Source of the DNA: a virus
Virus record (IMG/VR): IMGVR_UViG_3300031957_002677
Location: 1-64,000 of that record
DNA length: 64,000 nt
Reading direction: 5' to 3' (one strand)
Shown here piece by piece: positions 47,728 to 59,100 of this stretch (within the stretch, counting starts at the first letter, position 1; every line of letters starts with the position of its first letter). The translations under genes and the position numbers were made by a program. Below the pieces are notes generated by a model, which ran no database searches, was not told the DNA's origin, and worked only from the letters and a program-made list of their open reading frames with translations.

Positions 47728-48072
47728 TTATCCCATAGTAATTGTTGTGGATAATGCACCAACAGTAATGACTAAATTATTACCAATAACATTTAATGAA
47801 ACTGCTGTACCAATTCCATTTGTACTAATACCACCAGTTACTAGAATCTCACCAGTCACATCAAGTGCTTTCTGTGGTTGAGTGCTACCAATACCTACAG
47901 AATATCCAGTTCCTACAATTACGTCAGACTGAACTTTACCACCAATAGTAACATCTGTGCTAATAGCAACAGTATTTGCATCTAGATTGAGATTTGTGGG
48001 ACTAGTTAATTTGGGTACTCCAGAAGAACCAATCAGTTCTATTTTCTTTACACCAAAATTTTTATCTGCCAT
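47728..48072 (-). CDS. Small fibre-like structural protein
   Basis: VGIGSTQPQKALDV.G fibre motif; ATAAATA at 48085-48091. Confidence 0.65.
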   Translation of the reverse strand: MADKNFGVKKIELIGSSGVPKLTSPTNLNLDANTVAISTDVTIGGKVQSDVIVGTGYSVGIGSTQPQKALDVTGEILVTGGISTNGIGTAVSLNVIGNNLVITVGALSTTITMG

Positions 48073-48087
48073 GGTTTTTTTAGTTAT

Positions 48088-50022
48088 TTATTCGTATGAT
48101 ATAGTTATTCCTTCAAGAGTTATATTTTCCATAGAAACTTTATCATCATTAGCATATGGGTTATAAGTAACTCTTGGATCTGCACCTCTTAAATTATAAC
48201 TTCCAGTCCAATAATTTGTTTGAGTGTCGTCATTAATTGCAGAATAAAAACCATCACCAGAACCAGAAGTTGTAGTTACTGGTAAAATAGTAGTGCCATG
48301 ATCTTTTAACCAATTATGAACTGCTCTAGAATCTGCAGTTGGATTTGCTTCTAAAAATAATGCAATCAAACCACATGCAACGGGAGATGCAGCAGAAGTT
48401 CCATTGAAAGATGCATCATAAAAATTAGAATCATCATATCTTTCATAATCATTATATCCACCATCAGAAAAAACTCCACCAGCAGCAAGAGTTTCATCTG
48501 CTGGAGCCCAAACATCAATACCAGGACCATTGTTTGAATATGATGCCTGATATTCTGCACCAGGAGTAGTCAAAGTATCTTCTAATGCACCAACACATAC
48601 AACAGGATGAAAGTCTTTTGACTCATCAAATCCAATTCCCTGAGGATTCATCCAATCACGATGATTGCAAGGAACTGTAGTTGATGGAAATTCATCTCTA
48701 GGGTCCGTTGTACTAAAGTAATCATCTTCCAAATAATTTAATCTATCTGGATCAGTTGCACCAATACCTAGTCTTTGATTATTATTTCCTGCTGCTGCAA
48801 CATAAATGACACCTTCTAACATCAATTCATTTGCAGCAGCATCAGTTGAATTGGAACGTGAAGAAGATGACCAAGATTTATATGCACCATTGACTTGATT
48901 ACTCAATCCACTTTTCATTGCAGTAACTTGATCTGTTACTGATGCATCTCCAATAAATGAACCTGTTGAACCTCTAAAATTATAAATTACGGTATCACTA
49001 GATGAGAATGCTGCTTGATATCCCCAACTACCATTAATAATCGTTGGATTCTTTCTACCAGTTGATGAATTAACTGGTTTTAGACGTTGCCAAAGTTTCA
49101 TCGCATCATAATTAGTTTCAATACCCATTGAAACATTGTCACCAATACCAGGCATGTTCCAAATATTTGCTTCAAAAGCATTACCAAAGTTTTTACCTGC
49201 TACTAATGATGCACATGCAGTTCCGTGTCCACTTGTTAAACTATTAGTACCATCTAAAGATCCACCCATAGATCTTGCTTCAGTATAATTTGCAGATACT
49301 GTAATAGTTCCTTCTGATTGAAACTGTGCAGATCTATTTAAACTGTTTGTCCACCAATCTCTAGATGCTGATTCTTGTCCTGTTACTCTACCATCTGCTC
49401 TTGTAGTTGTATATCCATTAGAGATAAAGTAATCTGGATCAATATAATATGGACCATCAAGAATAATATCTCTTACTCTAGATTGACTATTTCCATCCAT
49501 AAACTCTGGATGATATTGTAAAACTCCAGAGTCATGAATAATTACATCCACATTCCTACCAGTTAGAGTGAAAGAAACGTCACCTTCTTGAACTGCAACA
49601 GTACCACTATTATCTGAAAAAAATGTGCCAGTTTGCCTGACTGTTGGCCTTGCTACACCATAATTAGATCTATCTAGTTCTACATCAGTTGGATTAGTTG
49701 CAGGTATGCTTGCAGAAAGTACATCACGATAGAACTTTACATTCTTCTTAAATCTTTTTGTGGCAAATTGAGGTTCTGGATATGAATCTGGATTATCAAT
49801 AGGTGATAATTCTATCCATTTAATATGAGGATGAGCAGCAATCTCTGCTGCTTCCTCTTCTGTCAGTTCATAAGTTCCACGAGTAGAACTATGTTCTTTA
49901 AAATCTGTACATGCTACTTGTCTATCAGGAATACCATCTTGATTAGAGTCTACAATTAATGCATCATGAATCTCAGTCCAATATTCTGGACTTGTAACGG
50001 ATAATTCGTATCTTTGCATCAA
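48088..50022 (-). CDS. Subtilisin-like (S8) serine peptidase
   Basis: IIHDSG (Asp), HGTACAS (His), AAAGN (oxyanion Asn), GTSAASP (Ser). Confidence 0.9.
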   Translation of the reverse strand: MMQRYELSVTSPEYWTEIHDALIVDSNQDGIPDRQVACTDFKEHSSTRGTYELTEEEAAEIAAHPHIKWIELSPIDNPDSYPEPQFATKRFKKNVKFYRDVLSASIPATNPTDVELDRSNYGVARPTVRQTGTFFSDNSGTVAVQEGDVSFTLTGRNVDVIIHDSGVLQYHPEFMDGNSQSRVRDIILDGPYYIDPDYFISNGYTTTRADGRVTGQESASRDWWTNSLNRSAQFQSEGTITVSANYTEARSMGGSLDGTNSLTSGHGTACASLVAGKNFGNAFEANIWNMPGIGDNVSMGIETNYDAMKLWQRLKPVNSSTGRKNPTIINGSWGYQAAFSSSDTVIYNFRGSTGSFIGDASVTDQVTAMKSGLSNQVNGAYKSWSSSSRSNSTDAAANELMLEGVIYVAAAGNNNQRLGIGATDPDRLNYLEDDYFSTTDPRDEFPSTTVPCNHRDWMNPQGIGFDESKDFHPVVCVGALEDTLTTPGAEYQASYSNNGPGIDVWAPADETLAAGGVFSDGGYNDYERYDDSNFYDASFNGTSAASPVACGLIALFLEANPTADSRAVHNWLKDHGTTILPVTTTSGSGDGFYSAINDDTQTNYWTGSYNLRGADPRVTYNPYANDDKVSMENITLEGITISYE

Positions 50023-52121
50023 AGCATGGTCTCCCTTACTACTCTATATGTAACAATTCCACTCACCCCAGTTTCTGGTGTCCATTGTAATTCACAAGTT
50101 CCAGCATTTACAGTTGCACCAACAGAAACTAGAAGATCATTATTATACATGATCGCATATTCTTGAGCATATGCTGTAGTTCCATCATTCATCACAAGAA
50201 CTTTTTGAGATTGAATTCCAGATGAATGTTGGAAATATAATGTATATTCTGCAGTCTTAAAGTCATCAGTTGCAATTACCCAACCAGCGTCACCTGTTGT
50301 AGTAACACCTGCTGTTGCGGTGAATGATCCATAGTCAGTGTAAACACCATAGACTTCTTCAACTTGTAGAGGTGTTCTTGGATTTATAGTTCCAACACCA
50401 ACCGAACTTACCGTAATATTAGGAGAACCACTCAGTCCCGTTGAATTGCCAGTTACATCACCAGTTAACGGACCATTAAATGATGTCGCATAAAGTGTTC
50501 CAGTTACAGTAGCACCTGTACTAATAGTTTCAAACTTCTTAGAGTTATTATAGAAAAGACTTACACCAGCACCCACTCTAAAGGATGCCATCTCTGCAGT
50601 AGTTCCATATTGTCCAATAGTAACGGATGGATTTGCGTCAATGTTAAGACCACCACCACCTTGATCTTGGATATAACTATTTGTACCATCAAAGTAAATT
50701 CTTAGGTCATTACCTGCACCAAAGATTGCCTGATCATTATTTCCAAGTTGAATATTATTCTGGAATGTTACTTCATCAGTAAATGTAGAAATTCCAGTTG
50801 ATTGTAATCCACGTGTACTCGTAACACCAGCATTAGAGAGTTGACCAGTAGAAGGATTATATTGTAGTTTTCCACTCAGATCATATCTATTAAATGTATG
50901 ACCACCTTGGGTTGGATCAAGGAATAGTGCAAGATCATAATCATCACTATTAGATACACCTGCAGTAAAGACTTTGTGCTGACCAACTAAGTCACCATCA
51001 AATCCAGATGCAGTAACAATACCAGCATATTGTGCTCCACCATCAGAAGTAATCGTAAGAGATGTACCAATTCTAATTTCATCATTAATACCATCAATTG
51101 TAATACTGGATGAACCAACTGTTAAAATTCCAGTAATTCTTGCGTCTCCATTGACCCAAAGTTGAGTTCCAGCAGCACCTACAGGACCAATTTCTGTTTG
51201 GAATCTTGGATTTGTTGTCCCCAAACCAACTGCAGCAGTATCAGTAAAGATACCGACAGCAGCATCACCATTGAGTAATCCAAATACTCCTGATGGACCA
51301 CCAGAACCTTCACCTAGTCCAACACCATAATCTACAATATTGAGAGTAGAAATACCAGTGATATTGGAACCATCACCATGAAATTCTGTTGCAGTAATGA
51401 CACCTACACCTGCAATACCTCTATTGTTTAGATCTAAGTATCCACCAAGTTGTGGTGATGGATCAGAAAGAACATCTGTTAGACCACCAGAGTCAATGTA
51501 TGCAGTGACCAGACCTGATGTTCCATCTAGAGTAACACCTAGACCAACAAAGTCGAGGATTTGAATTCTGCCAGCAGTTCCACTATCAATACCTGCCTTT
51601 CTAACAGAAACACCAAGAATACCAGTGTTTCCTGCACCGACAGATGCAACACCGTGACCAATAAGTTCTACCTCTTCACCACCAAATGCTGCAGCAAACA
51701 GTGTGATAGATCCACCACCAGGATTAATTGCATAATCACCAGCAGTAAGTTTTACACCATCAAGGAATACACTGGTTAGATCCGTTTCTGTAAGTATGAA
51801 TGAACCAAAAGTTCCAGTGGCAGGAAGTCTAGTTTGTCCTGCAGTAAGTGTAAATATTTCTGTTTGTCTAGAGACTGGAAATGATTCCCATCTCCACTTA
51901 TCTCCAGTAGATTGTAAATATTGACCAGTTACACCACTAGTGCCACCAGTTGATACGGGTGAAAATAATGCACCATCAATAGCAGCATCACCGATGACAT
52001 CCAATTCATGTTCAGGTGTTCCTGAGTTAATACCAACACGATTAGTTTCATCATTTGCATATAACAAGGTATTCGCAACTTCAATACCATTGCGAACGAC
52101 AAAATTCTTGTTAATACCCAT
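50019..52121 (-). CDS. Tail fibre protein
   Basis: KNFVVRNGIEV N-terminus, VGINSGTP / VGIGT.NP repeats, D.SPQLGG.LDLN motif; ATAAATA at 52170-52176. Confidence 0.8.
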   Translation of the reverse strand: MGINKNFVVRNGIEVANTLLYANDETNRVGINSGTPEHELDVIGDAAIDGALFSPVSTGGTSGVTGQYLQSTGDKWRWESFPVSRQTEIFTLTAGQTRLPATGTFGSFILTETDLTSVFLDGVKLTAGDYAINPGGGSITLFAAAFGGEEVELIGHGVASVGAGNTGILGVSVRKAGIDSGTAGRIQILDFVGLGVTLDGTSGLVTAYIDSGGLTDVLSDPSPQLGGYLDLNNRGIAGVGVITATEFHGDGSNITGISTLNIVDYGVGLGEGSGGPSGVFGLLNGDAAVGIFTDTAAVGLGTTNPRFQTEIGPVGAAGTQLWVNGDARITGILTVGSSSITIDGINDEIRIGTSLTITSDGGAQYAGIVTASGFDGDLVGQHKVFTAGVSNSDDYDLALFLDPTQGGHTFNRYDLSGKLQYNPSTGQLSNAGVTSTRGLQSTGISTFTDEVTFQNNIQLGNNDQAIFGAGNDLRIYFDGTNSYIQDQGGGGLNIDANPSVTIGQYGTTAEMASFRVGAGVSLFYNNSKKFETISTGATVTGTLYATSFNGPLTGDVTGNSTGLSGSPNITVSSVGVGTINPRTPLQVEEVYGVYTDYGSFTATAGVTTTGDAGWVIATDDFKTAEYTLYFQHSSGIQSQKVLVMNDGTTAYAQEYAIMYNNDLLVSVGATVNAGTCELQWTPETGVSGIVTYRVVRETML

Positions 52122-52172
52122 CGATTCTCCTGGGGTTCACTCTCCCCCCAATTTATTTTTTACTAATCCTAT

Positions 52173-55100
52173 TTATGTATATCTTGGATACGCATTTCCA
52201 CAGTTGTCTCTTGGATTTCCACCACTTCTTGATCCACCAAGATTACTTTTGATAGTATTGTACATACTGTCTAGAGTGGGATATCCTGCAGGATTATCTT
52301 TAAATCGATTATACCAAACTTTGACTTCATCACCAGTTGCTGGCCTCGCTTGATCATCCCAATATGCTCTATTAATTCTTCTCATAACATCAACTTTATT
52401 TGCTCTTGCAAATTCAATATAATATTTAATAACTACAAGTCCATCTGCACCTCTGCCACCACCATTACCACATCCACCACCAGATCCACCTCCACCATAG
52501 GTGTTTCCAGACGCACCTTCTTCTGTTCCTTTTTCTTGTCTATTACTTCCTCCACATCCACCACCAGCATCAGTGCCTTGTCCTGGTCCACCTTGATCGC
52601 ATGGTTTTGAACCAGGATCTGCCTGTCCAGAAGAACATTGCCCACCATTCATCCTAGCGGCACCACCACCATGCCCACCTTCATCACCTCTTCTACCACC
52701 ACCAGAACGTCCAGATGAACCACTACCTTGGCCACCTCCACCACCTCCTCCATTATTTTCACCACCACCACCACCACCACCACAACTTGCTCTGCTGCGT
52801 TGTCGAGCTCCTCTAATTTCGATGAAAGAAGATTCTCCAGGATCTCCAGAACCAGCATTACCACCCTTACCATTACCACCTCTACCGGCCCAGAATGTAA
52901 CTACATCTCCACCCTCTGCTTGATTCCATTCGACATTAAAGGATCCAGCTCCTCCTCCTCCACCACCACCTTCATTTTGATCTTTTCCACCACCACCTCC
53001 ACCAGCAACTCCTTTTGCTTCTATTCTTGCAGTTCCTTGAGGTAGAGTAAATGTTGAATTCTTTTGATTTGAAAATCTATCTACAGTTCCTGAAGTACTC
53101 TGTTCTCTAGCTCCTCCAGTTGTTCCACTACAATTACTAAGACCCATGAAACCCATGATATTAACACCATAATTGTTGAGGAATCTCCTAGTTTTTAATG
53201 TACATCCAGCAAGACCATATGTACCATTTTCTACTGTACAACTTTTTGTTCTTACTGAGAAGGTTTTACTAACTCCACCAATGTTCATTGTGGCAGTTTT
53301 TGTAGAGCTGAAAGAACTAGATGCATTCATCTTAATTCTTAGATCGTTACAAGAAGTTCCATTCGATACAATTTTTGTGGTTCTTCCATTAAGGAATGTA
53401 GCACCACCACCACTAACTTTAGCAGTTACACTTACACCAGGAGATAGACCATGAACAAAGTTTACGGGAGAAGAAGTAAATCTTGGTTGAGATTCTCTTC
53501 TTTCACCAAGATTTCGGTTAGTTTCACTTGATGGATTCATATTATAATTATCAACAGTTGTATCATCAATTACTGTTACTGTGTCACTTGCGGTATCACT
53601 CTCACCACTTCCATTATCCTTAACCGTAATAGACCAAGTATAATTTCCATCTTGACTCATAGTTGTGGTTTTTGAACCACTTAGAGCACTAATATTATTA
53701 AAATCTTGACCACTACTAGAAGTTACTAAATCAGCATCAGTAGCAGACCATGTGATGGTTACAGGATTGCCAGTAATTACATTTGCAGGTGTTACATTTA
53801 AAGTAACTGTTGGTTTAAATCTAAAAATAATAGTTTTGGTAACTGTTTGAGGACTTACTCCAGCACCAGTTGCTTTTGCAGTATAAACTTCACCATCAGA
53901 CGCAGGAGTTACTGAGTCACTACCACTTTGTTTATTGGAAGTATTAAATCCACTTCCACTAGTAGCTTCTACTTTAATTGCATTAGTTGATGACCAATAT
54001 AAAGTTGCATTACCACCTCTCTGAATATTAAATGATGTGGGACAACCACTTGTGGGAGGATTTCTATTAACACAGAAGAATAATGTCGGTGCTGGTGGAG
54101 TTCCAGTAATAACATTAATTTGATCTGTTGCGCTTCCAGTACAATTAGAAACAGTTAATTTAAATGTACTTTGCCCACTTGCTAGATCTGATACTGCCCT
54201 ACTTCCACTCTTTGTTTGATCACCAAGAGTCGTAACTGGAATACTACTCAAATTACTAAATCCACCAGGACCAGTGGCAGTTACTGAACTGTTAGTAACA
54301 TGTGTATATGAATATCTAATTGTAGTGCTTCCTCCATCTGGGAAGACAAACGGTGGATTAAGATTATCTGCAGTTAGATTTAATGTTGGTAGTGGAGGTG
54401 CTTTTGGTGATATTGTCCAATTAGCACTTTTAACAGAACCAGGTGTTGTGAATGCTGCAGATAAACTTACTGTTGTAGTTCTAGTGCTACAATAGTATGG
54501 AGTTGTCATGTAGACTTGAACGACATCTCCAGCAACAAGATTACTTAATGTTGTGCCTTGCTGAGTAGTTCCTTTCTTCTTAAGGAATGAGTTGGCATTA
54601 GATGTAGTTGCAGAAATATTACAATCAAATTCAAAACTTCCATTAACTGTAAATTCTGTACTTGCCTGTTGACCAGGATTTAGTGTAGATGATGCTTCTG
54701 GTATATTTGGGAGACTAAAACTTGTGACTCCACAATCTCTTGCTTTTGATGTTACATTCCAAGTGTCTGATGTGGATCCATTAACTCCAGTAATAACATT
54801 AAATGTATTTGTTCCAGCAATAGTAAATGTAGCACTTCTCGTTCCTTGAGATGCTGTTGCTGACAATAGTCTTAATTGAATTTGATCACCAAGTTGAACT
54901 CCAAATGAATTCTTAGTCCAACTTCTTACTACTGATCCATTTCTAGTAACTTGATATTGTGAAGACTCATTTCCACCAATACTAGCAGTGCCTTCATCAC
55001 CAAACGCAGTCATACCTGCTAAGGTAATTGTATTACTATAAATTAATTCATTTCTGAGTACGTTATTTTGATCAGTAAAAGTAAATTGATTTGGGATTGT

Positions 55101-56177
55101 ATCAATCGGTCTTGGTCGAGTTGTTACAGAATAAGTGTCTGACCGATTTGCAACGGTTAGTGTTGCATCAGTTTTTGCAAGATAATTGCCAGATGCTGTT
55201 TGCTTTAAGGTAATTACATCACCATTATTGCAACTGGATGGTGATGTATCTGTATAGTCTTGTACTGTAGAACCACCTCTGGTGATTTTATACTGACCAT
55301 TACCACTAAAAGTGAGAGGTAGTGGGTTATTCCCATTTAAGTTCTCATCAGCACCACTGATAGTGATTGAATTGCTTTCATGAATTGTATTAATATCTAC
55401 ATCAACAATGTCATTAAACGTAAAATCGTTGATTGTAGTATCTGCTGCCCTACTTTGGATTATCCAATTAGCCTGGAAAATGCCAATTTGAACAACTGTT
55501 TCTACTTGGGTGGAATAAAAATTTGATGTAGTATTTCTTAACTGTAGTGTCTGTCCATCAAAAATCTTTGCCGTTTGAGTCCAGACTCCATTTCCATTTA
55601 CTTGGAGTTGTCCTGTACCAACGATAAAAATATCTACACCAATCGTATTGTCGATGTCATCAACTGTTACGACATCACTATTGGTAAGAGTGTTAATCTC
55701 AAGATTATTAAGATCGACGAAATCGAATGGGATGGGATCGTCATCTAACAGTCTTGTTTTAGCAAACCAACCTTCTGGACCTCTTTTACCAATAGTAACG
55801 TTTACGGGATATGTTCTATTAAATGCATCTCTACCAAGTACAGCAGGTGCTTCAGTTACTACTTGAATTTCAATTTTATCTTTATTTCGGATGATGACGG
55901 GGTTATTATCTACATCATCACCAGGTAGGAATGGTCCTACTGGTCCATAAGAATCAGTTTCTTCAATATATGGAGTAACTCTAACTGAAGCTCCAGCACC
56001 AGTTGCTGTTACTAGTGCCTTATAGTTGATACCCGTAATAGTTTCTGGAGAACACGTTGCCGCTGTTCCAGGAAATACCTCAGTAACTTCTACAAAACTA
56101 AAGGAATCTGGATATTCATCAAGATTACCTCTCCATGATATATTAGATCCAGGACCCTGAGCACCAATTAAAGGCAT
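52173..56177 (-). CDS. Large structural/fibre protein with Ig-like repeats and Gly-rich C-terminal domain
   Basis: Repeated P..F.F.D modules, T/S-rich beta domains, AGGGGGG-type tail domain. Confidence 0.7.
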   Translation of the reverse strand: MPLIGAQGPGSNISWRGNLDEYPDSFSFVEVTEVFPGTAATCSPETITGINYKALVTATGAGASVRVTPYIEETDSYGPVGPFLPGDDVDNNPVIIRNKDKIEIQVVTEAPAVLGRDAFNRTYPVNVTIGKRGPEGWFAKTRLLDDDPIPFDFVDLNNLEINTLTNSDVVTVDDIDNTIGVDIFIVGTGQLQVNGNGVWTQTAKIFDGQTLQLRNTTSNFYSTQVETVVQIGIFQANWIIQSRAADTTINDFTFNDIVDVDINTIHESNSITISGADENLNGNNPLPLTFSGNGQYKITRGGSTVQDYTDTSPSSCNNGDVITLKQTASGNYLAKTDATLTVANRSDTYSVTTRPRPIDTIPNQFTFTDQNNVLRNELIYSNTITLAGMTAFGDEGTASIGGNESSQYQVTRNGSVVRSWTKNSFGVQLGDQIQLRLLSATASQGTRSATFTIAGTNTFNVITGVNGSTSDTWNVTSKARDCGVTSFSLPNIPEASSTLNPGQQASTEFTVNGSFEFDCNISATTSNANSFLKKKGTTQQGTTLSNLVAGDVVQVYMTTPYYCSTRTTTVSLSAAFTTPGSVKSANWTISPKAPPLPTLNLTADNLNPPFVFPDGGSTTIRYSYTHVTNSSVTATGPGGFSNLSSIPVTTLGDQTKSGSRAVSDLASGQSTFKLTVSNCTGSATDQINVITGTPPAPTLFFCVNRNPPTSGCPTSFNIQRGGNATLYWSSTNAIKVEATSGSGFNTSNKQSGSDSVTPASDGEVYTAKATGAGVSPQTVTKTIIFRFKPTVTLNVTPANVITGNPVTITWSATDADLVTSSSGQDFNNISALSGSKTTTMSQDGNYTWSITVKDNGSGESDTASDTVTVIDDTTVDNYNMNPSSETNRNLGERRESQPRFTSSPVNFVHGLSPGVSVTAKVSGGGATFLNGRTTKIVSNGTSCNDLRIKMNASSSFSSTKTATMNIGGVSKTFSVRTKSCTVENGTYGLAGCTLKTRRFLNNYGVNIMGFMGLSNCSGTTGGAREQSTSGTVDRFSNQKNSTFTLPQGTARIEAKGVAGGGGGGKDQNEGGGGGGGAGSFNVEWNQAEGGDVVTFWAGRGGNGKGGNAGSGDPGESSFIEIRGARQRSRASCGGGGGGGENNGGGGGGGQGSGSSGRSGGGRRGDEGGHGGGAARMNGGQCSSGQADPGSKPCDQGGPGQGTDAGGGCGGSNRQEKGTEEGASGNTYGGGGSGGGCGNGGGRGADGLVVIKYYIEFARANKVDVMRRINRAYWDDQARPATGDEVKVWYNRFKDNPAGYPTLDSMYNTIKSNLGGSRSGGNPRDNCGNAYPRYT

Positions 56178-56197
56178 TTACCAAAACCTCCGAAATA

Positions 56198-59100
56198 TTA
56201 CTGATATTGAGATTGTGAGTACAGAACATCAAAGTCAGTTACTGGATCACCAGTATTTGATTTCCTGACCAACACATAAGTATATAGATCTATACTGTTC
56301 GCATTTCCAGTATTTATAGCTAATGAACCATAGTATCTTGGAGACATTCTAATGTCATCAATATAAACTTCATCATTATAATATGGTGTCGGACCCTGTT
56401 TTGTAGTGATCGCAACTGTGATAGACTCACTAACTTCTAAGAATTCAGTCAGTGCAAGTCCCGCACGTGCTCTCATATTCACTGCCCAGTTATCACCAGC
56501 ATCTTGTGTGAAGTAGTAGATAGAAGATTTATCTAGATCAGCATGAACAATTGTAGTGCCGATACCAATGACTGTAGAGTTGTCTAGAGTAGTGTTTTCA
56601 ATGATTTCAAACACCTTCATGGTGCCTCTAATCTCTGCGTTTCCTTCAACATACATGGAAACGTCTGCTTTGGAACTATTTGTAGAACCAAAACCTACAT
56701 TACGAGTAGTGTGAATACCTGTTGCATCGATTGCCCAGATATCAGACACGTCATAGAGACCAGATCCATCACCAGTAAATGTACCAATGAAGTATCCACC
56801 AATCTCAAACACATCTGTTTTATTGGAAATAGCACCCCAAGGATACCAATCATTATCAGTAGTATAAACCCAACCAGCATTTTGACCTTTGAATGGGTTG
56901 CCGTTAAAGATAATATCACCTGGGTTTCCTGCACCCTCTCCGACAAGTTCAACAGAAGATGCTGGTTGAGTAACACCTACAGTATACTTCCTAGAAACCG
57001 TCTCTTCACCTTGTAGGAATAGACTTGGAGATTCTAATCCTTTATTTGATGTAACAGTAAGTTTATTATTAACAAGAAGTGGACCATCAAACTGTGAAAT
57101 AGTAGTTTTACTATCACCACCATCAACTCTTACAGCATCAGAGACATTAACTTCGGATGCTTTGATGACATTGAATCCAAGTTTAGTATCTGGAATCTGC
57201 TTAGATTCACCTCTAAATCTAGGACGTGGTGTGGAGAATACTTCTTCATCACCTGCAGTAGTAATGACTCTCTTATTGGAGATATAGAAGTCACCATCAC
57301 TATTCATACCAGTGTAAACAACAAATCCACCTTCTTCTTGGAATGATTGGGAAAGAACTTCTTCCGAAGCACTCAGTTGACGATCATGACGATCTGGGAA
57401 CGCAGTAGAATAGTTACCAGGACCATAACCAAGATATTCAAATGTATGACCAGAAGCACGAATAATAGAATGCCTTCTTAGTTCTACTGGTTTTGCATCA
57501 ATCCTTCTGAATGCGGATCCACTGATATGTGATTCTGCTTGTGTTCCTAAGAGACCTCTGTAAACCTGAACTGGATTTCCAGTCACAGTTTGCTTGACTC
57601 TCATGATTTCACTATCAATAAGAATAAAGTCACCAATTTTCAAATCAAGATCATCAAGATCGGTAATATTCATCGTACTATCAAGTTTTGTCATTGCTAA
57701 TGCAAGACTTCCATAAAGATTACCATATGGAATTGAAAGTCTGCTGCTGAAACTTTCATCACCTATAGTAATTTCTCCACCTTTAGCACCCAACGTAGTG
57801 GGATATACTGCTGGTGATCCACCAAGAGTAACAGTTGCTAATGTTGAAATTCCGACATTGACAACAAGTTCAGTTAGTGAATCAACTCTCTGAATTAAGA
57901 ATTCTCCATTGAATGCTTCACTATCTCCAGTTGCACCACCAATCAAAACACGATCATTAACTTGCAATCCGTGTGGATTAATTCCTGTTGTAAATGTAGC
58001 AATACCAGTTGCTGGTGTGAAATCAGAATTGGTGATATTAAATGCTGGTCCGTTTAGATATGCAAATGCGTCTGATGCATTTAATTCACCAATTCCACTG
58101 ATTGTAGAACCAATACCAACTGAAGTAGCAGATATTACGTCAAAACTATTAGTTTCTCCAACACTAAGATCATTGATTTGGTATGTGGTATTATAATCCT
58201 GATAAAGGTCACTAACTCTTTCAATACTAATAGAGTCACCAATGTTATTGTAGACTTTAGTTACTCTTACAGAACCTGCAGTATGACCTGTTGTTGTCGC
58301 AATACCAACAACAGACATAGTGTTTCCTACACCATATGCAGAACCACCATCAATAATTTGAATACTGGCAAGTGTACCAGCAGATGATACCTGAACTCTT
58401 GCAGTTGCTTTATCACCAGTAACTGATCCACCATATCCAATCAATTCTGCATTATAAAGGTTTTCAGTTACACCAATACCAGATCCATAATTGGATCCTG
58501 GATCAACAATCTCAACCTCTATAATTCTATTAAGTCCGTGATCAGATTTTGTAAAGATCGTATGTCTATAACCATTAACCTCATCTTGAGATAAGATATC
58601 AGTAATTCCAATACCAATACCATTATTTTCTAATTTGGAAATTACTGTTTCTTTAGTAATACTCTTTTCTGGATCATTGATAACAACCTTACCAATCGGA
58701 TCCGCAACAGCAAAACATCTTGCAGGATCTGGATCAGATTTTGGATTATCTCTATCATACTCTGGATATAAGTTATCAAGAGGTTGTGATAGTTTTACAC
58801 CAGTAAATGGTGAAACATTTGGTGTATTTGATGAGTTAATGATAGTTAAGTGATATACACCATCCTGCTCATTCTGTACATATCTTTGAATCTCATCTGA
58901 TTTGTATACAACAAAAGTTCCATTGTGCTTTTTCTTCTTAAGTTTTGGAAGATTTTGATTACGAATAGATGTATCACTCGTAAAATCACCTGGATTTGTT
59001 AAAATATCAATTTTAAATTCTTTTCTAGATACAATATTATCTACAATAAATGTACCATTAAATCCTAGATTTGCTTTTCCTGTGGTGTTAAATCCACTAA

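Noticed and set aside
52440-53010. (CCA)n/(CCT)n runs as microsatellites
   Set aside because: They are Gly codons of the glycine-rich domain on the minus strand.
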